This document shows, piece by piece, positions 1-9,900 of a stretch of 64,000 nt of DNA (position 1 is the first letter of the stretch; every line of letters starts with the position of its first letter). Origin of the DNA: a virus (taxonomy: Duplodnaviria; Caudoviricetes). The notes beneath the pieces are model-generated. The model was given only the letters and a program-made list of their open reading frames with translations, did no database searches and was not told where the DNA came from. The stretch covers positions 96-64,095 of the IMG/VR virus record IMGVR_UViG_3300012006_000003. One strand, given 5' to 3'. The position numbers were made by a program, and so were the translations under genes.

Positions 1-2003
1 TAGTTTTCACCTTGTTTTTTAATATAAGACTTGATACCTAGTTTATTGGCAAACTTATCTACAATAGCATTACCTTTAGAATTTGTTTCAGCTATTTCTC
101 TATCACCAATGATTGTTTTAAAAAGATTAATCTCTGGTTCAATATTGTTTAAAGCTTCATACTTAGTTGTCATTTGACTGAAAAGCATTACAGATCTTAC
201 TAAATCTAAACTAACTTCATCAGCATCCATGTCTTGTGTATAATACACAGGTAAGAATTTTTTATCACCTTCAGTTAAGTCAGCTGTTCCAAATCTGGTA
301 TCATCAGCTCTTATAGAAGTAGCATCTTTCCATTTATCTTTTAATAAACCTTTTATATCATCTGTTCTTTCCTTATCCTGTTTATGAAGTGAAGGTAATA
401 TATAACCTCTTTTCTGAGCATCCGGTAATCTTTCTTGTGCTTCTAAGTAAGTATCTAGTAAAAACTTATGATATTCACCTTTTGGATTCTTAGGTTTTCC
501 ATCTAAATTATATAAGTCTGTCCATTTACTATTGATATAATCATTTGACGGTTCACTGAATTCTTTCATGTAGATTTTAGTACCATCTTTTTTTATGATT
601 AAAACTGATTTGTACCAATCATCATATTCTTGTTCTGTTAATACACCAGCATTTTTAAGCTTTTGCTTTTCAGCAATAATCTTATCAATCTCTTCATCAC
701 TTTTTTTCTGAGCATTTTTACTATACCAGTTACTCATTATGCTTTTTACATTAGCGTCATGATCTGATTTTGCAAGTAACTCATCTCTTGTAGGATTAGC
801 ACTTAATTGTGGACCTTTTCTGGCAGTACGTTCTGCAGCATGATAATCACTCATGCGGTATTTTTGTACAAAAGCCATTCTAGTAGTTACTACAGGTTCA
901 CCTAATTTATTTGTACTATAAAAAGATAATTTCTCATATATACCTTCATTAAATTTTGCAGTATTATTTCTACTAGCGGAATTGACAGCATTATATTTAT
1001 CAAATTCTTTACCAGCAATCTCTAATATTTTATCATCTTTTAAACGGGCACCTTCCAATTCAGTTTTAACTACTCTAGCAAATAATCCAAGTGATGCATC
1101 TTTAGAAGAGATCAATGGGTTAAACCAAAAGTCAAGCATACTTTCATCCTCAGAAGCAAATTTTAATAACTCTTCCATTGATGCTTGATCATAGGAAAAG
1201 CTTCTAAACTTTTGAATTCTTTCAGTAAGCTTTTTTATTTTTTTATCATTGGGTTTGCTAGAGTTTATTTCTTCTGCAAGTCTTTTCTCTAATAATTCTG
1301 CTTCCTGAAGTACTTGTTTATCAATATCTAAAGATTTATAGTTAAGTAAAAATGAAGCCATTAAGGGTATACCTTGTTGAATATATTTTTCTTTAACTGC
1401 TTTTCTAGTTGATATAGCATCAGTAAGCATTTGTTTTATAGTCTTTGTCTCACCTTCAGGTATTTCATCTGATTCTGCAGAGAAATAATTATAGATATCA
1501 TCTTTACTGATCTCATCAAGTATATTATATCCATTTACAAAAGTGTTAATAGCAGTCAACTCCTCAATCATTTTCTTTTTAAACTCAGGAGTACCATCAT
1601 CAGCTTTACTTACTAAAGCTGCCATCCTTTTATAAACAGATTGTGACTTATCATATGTGTCTTTGACAAACATAGTGATAGCCTCAATACCATCCAGAAC
1701 CTCAAAGTTATCAATTAAGTTTTTCTGTTTTTTCTCTTTATATGATTGATTAGGAATCTTTTGTTTTTCAAGTATATTTAATTGCTTTCTAAGATATACT
1801 CTGATTTTATCAACCATTGTTGATATATCATCTTTTCTCTCTTCAACAGGTACATTAACTGACTCATCAATTAATTCATTCAAGCTCTCATTTTGGTCAT
1901 AACCTTTATCAACCCATAACTCAAGTGCTCTTTCTTCATTACCGTTAACACTATCTAGTAAATCAACCCATTCTTTACTAGTCTTAATTGGACAACTTAA
2001 CAT
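1..2003 (-). CDS. Large internal/ejected virion protein, N-terminal part (runs off window start)
   Basis: Not in the ORF track. ATG at 2003 overlaps the end of the upstream gene (ATGTTAA) and translates MLSCPIKTSKEWVDLLDSVNGNEERALELWVDKGY...; the frame was open in the part I translated. Helical, charged composition like the neighbouring cargo proteins. Confidence 0.8.
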   Translation of the reverse strand, partial: MLSCPIKTSKEWVDLLDSVNGNEERALELWVDKGYDQNESLNELIDESVNVPVEERKDDISTMVDKIRVYLRKQLNILEKQKIPNQSYKEKKQKNLIDNFEVLDGIEAITMFVKDTYDKSQSVYKRMAALVSKADDGTPEFKKKMIEELTAINTFVNGYNILDEISKDDIYNYFSAESDEIPEGETKTIKQMLTDAISTRKAVKEKYIQQGIPLMASFLLNYKSLDIDKQVLQEAELLEKRLAEEINSSKPNDKKIKKLTERIQKFRSFSYDQASMEELLKFASEDESMLDFWFNPLISSKDASLGLFARVVKTELEGARLKDDKILEIAGKEFDKYNAVNSASRNNTAKFNEGIYEKLSFYSTNKLGEPVVTTRMAFVQKYRMSDYHAAERTARKGPQLSANPTRDELLAKSDHDANVKSIMSNWYSKNAQKKSDEEIDKIIAEKQKLKNAGVLTEQEYDDWYKSVLIIKKDGTKIYMKEFSEPSNDYINSKWTDLYNLDGKPKNPKGEYHKFLLDTYLEAQERLPDAQKRGYILPSLHKQDKERTDDIKGLLKDKWKDATSIRADDTRFGTADLTEGDKKFLPVYYTQDMDADEVSLDLVRSVMLFSQMTTKYEALNNIEPEINLFKTIIGDREIAETNSKGNAIVDKFANKLGIKSYIKKQGEN

Positions 2004-3964
2004 ATGCTTTTTAATATTTTAGCCATTATTTTATTTAACTCAGATTCTGTTGTTATAGTGTTTAACTCATCAAATACATCAGCAATATCAATTCCTTTAT
2101 TAGCAAGTAATACATCAGTGTATTCATTCATTAATGTACCTCTTACAAAGTTATCAAATATTTTATTATTGTATGGTTTAATTGATATAGGTTCAGCAAC
2201 TATTTGCATAGTATCTAAATCTATATTTTTTTGCATAGTTGAGTTATTACTTCTATCAATTAAATCATATGTACCATTTGGATTTAAAAGAGCTTTAGTA
2301 CCTTGAATTACAATAACTTTTGGCTTTATGCCATACTTTTCTAGTTCTTCTTTATATGCTGTTTCAATAGGAGACTCTTCTTCAACTTCATTTAATTGGT
2401 AATATGTAAATTCTGGTGATGCTTCATTATAATTAGTTGGTTCACTTAAAACATAATCCTGTTGATCTTTTTCTCTTTGAAATAATCTTTCATTATTACC
2501 TGCAGTTGCTAAAGTAAGTTTACCTTTAAATATGTCATTTGTTGTTTTAAATATCCCTGAAGAAGTACTTTTATCTTCTCCTCTTTTATAAACAAAAAAG
2601 TCTACTGCTACATGATTTTTACTGGTTTTTTCAACAATATCACCATTTTCATTTCTAATATTATATTGAGTTACCCAACCATTACCTCTATTAAAATCTC
2701 TTTCTAATACTTCTACAGTATAACCAGCTTTAGGTATTAAAAAAGCATATGTTGTATAATCTTTTTGAGCATTATCCCAACCATAATGATATGGTATACC
2801 ATTTATTGATTCAACTTTTTCAAGCATTGTTTCATATTCTTCAATACTATTTACATTAAAATCAATATCATGTATTGGTTCTTCTGAACTTCTATATATT
2901 GTATCACCTTGACCTGCAACTGCTAATGAACCAGTAAGTTTACCATTTAAATCAGTAAATGTTTTAATTATATCTTGTGCAAACTCATTACCTTTTAATG
3001 CTTTATCATAATCAAGTTTTTCAAAAGATGTATTAAGTTTAGCAATGTAATCTTTATCACCCATTAATATATTTATAGCAATATGATCAGCAAGATTTTC
3101 AGAGTACTCCATCTGAGCTAATAGATTATTTCTAAATTTTCCAAATAATCTTTCTATAAATTCTTCTATAGCTGCTAATGCTTTTGCAAGTAATGTTTTA
3201 TCAGTACCGCTTGCTTTGTAGTTTTTAACAAGAGATTTAGCAATTATTTTACCAATTGCTTCAATTTTAACTTGTTTTACATTGTTATATATAGGCATAT
3301 ATTGCTCATATATTTTATCATATTCAGACCAGCTAGTAATATTTTCTAAAAGATCTTTTATAATAGGATTAGCCTCACCCATTAACATAGTTACCATGTG
3401 TCCTACTTCTTCTGGTACTGTTTCAGCATTTCTATTTTTAGCATACCAGATAAGCTTATTTAATACATCAGTTGCACCTAATGCATCTACACCAAGTTTA
3501 GACTTTATATCTTCAAACTCTTTAGATTTAACACCAAAAGGTTTTAGAAAATCTAATAAGTACTTATCAAGTTCTTTTAGTGCAGGTTCAAGTACTTCTT
3601 TAGTATCTAATTGATAGTATGTATCATCATCTTCTGTATTTTCTTGATCATACAAAGCTTGATCACCATTGTAGAATGATAAATCTTGTTTAGTACTAAT
3701 ACCCATTTCAGCAAGTTCATCCTCAAGTTCATTTTGTGCGTCAAAGGCTTCATTAGCTATTTTTTCAAATACGGTATCAGATATATCAACTTTAGCTTTA
3801 TCATTTCCAAATCTATCTACTCTAGATAAATTAGCCCAGCGGTCATTGATTTCTCTTGACCGCTTTTGTGCTTCAATATATGAATGAGAGGTGTCTCTAT
3901 AGCCACCAAGTATCTCATCAATTTTATTATTTATATCTTCCTTTATTACATCTATACAAGCCAT
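1997..3964 (-). CDS. Polyvalent-type virion protein with degenerate zincin-like (EEVGH) domain and Pol-beta-family nucleotidyltransferase-like domain
   Basis: 655-aa ORF; PEEVGH...EAIGK zincin-like motif; LTGSLA..G...IHDIDF...VDFF matches the GS/DxD/D nucleotidyltransferase signature. Confidence 0.6.
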   Translation of the reverse strand: MACIDVIKEDINNKIDEILGGYRDTSHSYIEAQKRSREINDRWANLSRVDRFGNDKAKVDISDTVFEKIANEAFDAQNELEDELAEMGISTKQDLSFYNGDQALYDQENTEDDDTYYQLDTKEVLEPALKELDKYLLDFLKPFGVKSKEFEDIKSKLGVDALGATDVLNKLIWYAKNRNAETVPEEVGHMVTMLMGEANPIIKDLLENITSWSEYDKIYEQYMPIYNNVKQVKIEAIGKIIAKSLVKNYKASGTDKTLLAKALAAIEEFIERLFGKFRNNLLAQMEYSENLADHIAINILMGDKDYIAKLNTSFEKLDYDKALKGNEFAQDIIKTFTDLNGKLTGSLAVAGQGDTIYRSSEEPIHDIDFNVNSIEEYETMLEKVESINGIPYHYGWDNAQKDYTTYAFLIPKAGYTVEVLERDFNRGNGWVTQYNIRNENGDIVEKTSKNHVAVDFFVYKRGEDKSTSSGIFKTTNDIFKGKLTLATAGNNERLFQREKDQQDYVLSEPTNYNEASPEFTYYQLNEVEEESPIETAYKEELEKYGIKPKVIVIQGTKALLNPNGTYDLIDRSNNSTMQKNIDLDTMQIVAEPISIKPYNNKIFDNFVRGTLMNEYTDVLLANKGIDIADVFDELNTITTESELNKIMAKILKSIC

Positions 3965-3974
3965 AATATTAATT

Positions 3975-6900
3975 TTATATGTTACAGTTAGGTTTATAAG
4001 TTGTAGCTTTATCTAGTATTATCTTTTTAGTTTCAGCATCAAGTGTTGATTCTTGACCTCCCGTTTCTCCAGAATCAGCTATTGTGTTATCTGAAAGTAT
4101 ATAATACTTTTTGTTGTTAAAGTTAGACATTCTTAGTGTACCATCTTCTAATTCTTTTTTAATATTTATAATATTAATAGATGTTTTATCAGTCAACTCA
4201 GTACCATTTGCATTAAATATTCTTCCATCAGGTTTAATAACAAAACTAGCTTTTTTAGTGCTTATTAGTCTATCCTCTATTTTTTCAACTACTTGTTCAC
4301 CTGATTGACCATCTGGTTCTTCATTAGTTTCACCTACTGGAGCTTGTTGTTGAGTAGATTGAGTACCTCTAAGTTCTTCTCTTACTTCCATAAGTAGTTT
4401 AGGAAACTCTGTACCCCACTTACCTTTATCTTGTGTATGTGTAAGAGTAGCATTACCAGTAGCAAGAAGTTTAGCTAGAGCATCTGGGTTTTGTTCAAAA
4501 GATAATTTAAGTATATTTTTCATTACTCCTGATGAATCTCTATCCCAGGTACCATCTGATAGATCCGTTATTTCTCTACCTAATGCTTTTGCTTGTTTAC
4601 CTGAAGCAGTTTTTAATTTTTCAAGTATTTCTAAATTTTCTTTACTTGTAGGTGTACCTAATAAAACAGCATTAGTAAACCAAATTTTCATAGCTTGATA
4701 AGCACCTTCAGGAGTTCTAAAAGTTTCATTACCAAGTTTAACAGGTCTTTCAGCAAAGTTACTTAACTCAGCATTTTCTCCTGTACCTGCATAAATGTTA
4801 ATTTTAGTATCACTACCTTGTTGTTGAGTATTAAATCTAGCTTTAAAAGCTTGTTCATTTTTAACATTACCTTCATTAGTTCTAAACTCCCAATCTTTTG
4901 GTGCTAATACTATAGTAGGGATACCTAATTTCATACCCGCTTTTGCACCTGCTTCATCAAATCCTGTTTGACCACCACTTCTTATTAATGTGATTTTGTT
5001 TTTAAGGTTTGGTGAATTAACTATACCACTTAATAAAATATACATAAATTCATCAACTTCTTCTTGAGTGCGGCCTTTCATATCATATATACCGTTCCCT
5101 GCAATATTTAAAGTTTTTGCATTGAATTTGTTCAATATATCTACAGCACTGTTAATTGATGCGGACATCTTTTCTTTATTAAATTTACTCAGGTTTTGAT
5201 TAGTTGTTGCTAGCTTAATATAAATCTTATCTTGTTCTTGAACAGATTTTTTAGTAAGTATTTCACCAGGAGTTTCAAAGTTATCTGCTAAATGTATTGT
5301 TGCATCAGCAGAAGCATTAATTCTAGTTCTAGCTGGATAACCACCAGTTTGATTTTCTTCAAAATTAATTTTACCCGTAACATTTTCTTGTTGTTGTTGA
5401 GTAGATATTTTAGTTGGTTGTGTTGGCATACCAGGTTCTAAATCAGCTGCTCTTCTAAATGTAAATGTTACAGTATAGTTACTAGTAACTGTACCATCAG
5501 GCAATGTAATTGGAGGAAAACTTGAATCAGTTTTTGGTGCTTCAATAACATCATGTACAGCTTCAAATCTACCTTTACCATCCATACCAAAGGTATAGAT
5601 ATCACCATTATGTAATGTAAGTGTTTTAGGATTTACCATTTGACCAGCACCTCTTACTGCTTTACCACCATTATCATCTACTCTTACTTTATGTTCATTA
5701 CCTAATACATATACTACAACTGGATAACCTTTTGCAGTATTAGATTCATCAATATCAGTATGTCTGAATAATTTTGTACCCTTAGTATATATATTATTTA
5801 AAGCAATGTCATAGTTAGACATATCCTTACCTAATGTTTTTTCAATATGTTTTTTTAAGAAGTCAAGTTCTTTAATATTTGGTACTGGTGTGCCATCATT
5901 ATATTTAGAGTCATAAAAATAATAAGGTTTAATTGGTTGTAATTTACCAGTAGCATTAAAGTCAACTTGAGCTGGTTGAACTTTTAATTTTTCTCCTGTA
6001 ACCTTTTTAGTATTATTACCTTTCCACTGCCATCCATAACTAAACATTAAATTAGCCGTGCTACTACCGTTTTCAACATAAGCATTTTTCTTAATGTTGT
6101 CTGATATTGCATTTACTAATTTATTATCAAATTCTTTAGTAGGATTTGTTGAAGCTTGTATTACACCATATTGAGGTATAACTTCTTTAACTCCAATAGG
6201 TTGTACTGTAGCTTGAGCAGATGGTTGAGTTGAAGGTGTCCCCCAATCATATTTATTAATTAAATAATCTAAAGCTATAGCATGAGACGGTTCTCCAAGT
6301 TCTGCATAATATTGCAGTTGTCTTCCTTTTAATTTACCTGATTTTAAAACATCTAGAATAAATGCTTTTCTTTTTGGTTTAACATCTTTAAATTTATCAG
6401 TAGTTAACCAATCAATATAATTTATAACTGCTTCTTTAATAGTATTAGTTTTTATAGTACCTGTTCTAATAAAATGAGCCCAAGGATTACTAAAACTATT
6501 TATATCACTAACCATTTCCATAGTATAAACTCTATTATTAGCTTTTGCTTCTTTTATATTAGCATCCCTATCATATTTACCATCTTTAGTTTTAATGTTA
6601 GAAATAACTACATTTTTATTTTCTAATTGAGAATATATATCATTACTATTAACACTAGTAGATGGTTGAGTAGATCTTGTTGCAACTTTACCTACAATAT
6701 AATTATTTACATTAGGATCATTAGCAATCATCATCTCTGTAATCTTATTAAAAGTAACATTGTTCATGTTGTTTTCAATAAATGCTCTTGATGCTGGCTC
6801 AACTATTTCAAAATATGTAGTATCTGGAAGCACATAACTTAATCCGTATTTAGTACTACCTACTCCATTTTGTAAAATAGATATAAGAGGTAATGCTTTA

Positions 6901-9900
6901 AACATATCAGATATCTCTTTATTTTTAACCGGGTCATTTACTTTGATAACTGTATCATCAGCTAAGTCAATTAAGTTTTGGTGATAAGCTGAAGCTAATT
7001 CACCTTTTACTACAGCTTTGTTATTTAAAGTTAAAACTGATATTTGATCTTTTATTTTTTTAGTTTTAGCATCAAATATATTAACAGGAACATCTGTAAT
7101 TTGCTCTAATACAGAGTATAATTCTTTTAAGTGAGTATTCTCACTCAACATACTCATGAATTTAGTAACAAATTCTTGGTGATCCAATGATGTAAGTGAT
7201 TGAGGAATACCTGGAAAAGACTCACCAGTAGATATAATCTCATTTAATCTGTTCTGATAAATGTAATTTACCATTGCATTCTTAAATGATGTAATGAAAT
7301 TTGTTACACCGTCTGCACCATCACCGTATTTAGCAGGGACTGTTTTATTTTTAAGATAGTCAAGTAAGTACTCAGATACTTTTCTATCATCAGTCAATGG
7401 AAATATTGGCTCTACTAAATCTGGAGTAAGCGTGTTATCAAAGAAAGATCCAAGAATAGATTGATTTCTTAATTTACTTATTAAAGCAGGTTCTAACATA
7501 GATGACTCAGTCAACATATCTAAACCAAGACGTTTTTGTAGTATCTCCTGTATAGTTTTAGATGTTGTTGTATCTGGATTAGACTGTCTTTTGAGATCAC
7601 TCATTGCTTTTATTTGTTTCTCATACTCTAGATAGTGCATGAATGCGGCAACAGCTCTTCTACTTGTTGTATCTTTAGTTTCAATGATCTCTTCTAAATC
7701 TGATAAACTAAACTTGTCAATACCTTTAGTAGCTGCTAAAGCAACATCTTTATAGTTTGCCCAAGATAATGGGTGGTAAAACTCATCATTTGGGTTAGCA
7801 ATTATATATTTAAATAGTGGAGCTTCTTTAGTGTTTATACTTTCAATATCATAAAGATTTATTTTATCTTTTTTGATATCACTTTTTAATTTTTTAATAG
7901 TAGTTTTAAAAACTTTACCTTTCTCACTAATACCACTTAGTCTTACAACCACTGCTGTATCAGGTTCAGCATTAGCCAATGCTTTAGTTAATCTTGTTTC
8001 ATTTGCATCATATATTGCATTACTGATATCAGTTTGTCTTAAAGTAGCTTGTAGAGCATTATATTTAGCACTCTCATCTTGTTTAGTTGGTTTACCTGTA
8101 AGATTAGCATATGTACTACCATATAATCTTTGTTGATTAGCATACTCTATTACCAATGGTTGAGATATAAACAGGATTGCTTCTTCTTTTGGAACACCCG
8201 CTTTAAGTAAACCAAGCATCATTGGGATAAGTTCCTTATTAGCTTGGATAAAGAATATCCATGCATCTTTCTCAACATCCACAGATCCATTCATCAAGTG
8301 AGATATTAAATCGGCTATCTTATCTTTGTTATCTTGACTGTTGATTCCAGATAAAGATATTCTACCATCTTTTGTTTTAGTATGATTAAGTAATAATCTC
8401 ATATCATAATCTATTGATGGGTCTTCTTCATACTTTTTAGTTACTTTATTTTTAACTAAACCTTTATATGTTTTTGGAAGAGCAGCACCTAATGATGTAT
8501 ATAATGGATTCAATGCATTCTCAAGAGCAATGATACCTAATACATCTTTACCAATCATGTTAGCCTCATGCTTATGTAAGTTATAACCTACCTCTAATGT
8601 ATTTGTTGGACTAATGGTTTTATATCTGCTGTATTCTGGTAACTGATCTACTAATTTATCAGCAATATCTTTCATCAAGTAAGTGTCATTAGGTCTGATC
8701 AATGTAGCATATGTTTCAGGTAATTCTAAAAGCCCTCTAATTGAGTCAATTAATCTATTTTCTAAAGCAGCTTTATGTAACTTGATTAATCTTGTCATTT
8801 CAGCTTTATCACCTTTCTTTTTAGAAGCAGCAATAAGTCTATCTAAAGTTTCTTCATCCATACCTGACTCAACATATTGACCATTTGCATCTATGTTAGG
8901 CATGAATGTAGTAAGCTTATCAACGTCAAAATCGGCACCTGACTTAGCAACAATCTCTGATGGAGGTATAATAATGTTACCTGCAGCTGGATCCAAGAAC
9001 TCATATACTTCCATAAACTCCATAGAGTTTAATCCTTGTACTGGAATCCTTACAGCAGTCATAGTAACAGCCTTACGGTTATTACCTTTATTTAACCACT
9101 CATCATTCTTGATCATCTCATTTAATCTTTCTCTTGTACCAATAACTTTTCCGTCATTGTCTTTAAGATTTAAAAGATTATTAAAGTCACCTTGTAATGC
9201 AATAGCAACTTTCATTGCAGTTGTTTTACCATCCTCACCTGGATAATAGAATGGTAAATTATTACTACCTAAGTATTTCTCTATATCTTTAGTTTGTGCT
9301 TTATCAAATTTTAAACCTGAATCCCATAAACCATTTGACATAGCACTAGATACTTGTACTAAAGGTTCACCTTTTACTTTTTGTTTTACAATTCTTTTTT
9401 CAATAATTGATGTAATCATTTTTTCAATGTCTCCTGAGAGCATATGTAATGATAAATCTTTTGTAATCTTGTTATCTGAACCAACTTGGATATAGTCAAT
9501 TAAATGCTCAGGTATCTCTTTTCTTTCTAACTCTCTTTGAATTACATCCATGAATTTAGAAAGATCACCACTTACATATTTACCATCTACTTTTTCATAT
9601 CCAATTTCCTCAAGTAATTCTTTTTTAAGAATACTAGTATAGTTGTCAACAGCATTCTCATATGCTCTAATTTGTGACGTATATTGTTTATAGTTTTCAA
9701 CTATTTCACCATTTTCATATAATCCTTCAAGAATAAGTTTTCTTAACTGAGTTGCAAATACAGTTTTACCTTTATATTTATCAGGTACTGCTGTAACATT
9801 TTTAACATACTCTAAGTATACTGTATTAGGAGTAAACTGTATATCAGATCTTAGTGTCTTTTCAACACCGCCATCATTATATATTTTATCAGCTTTACCA

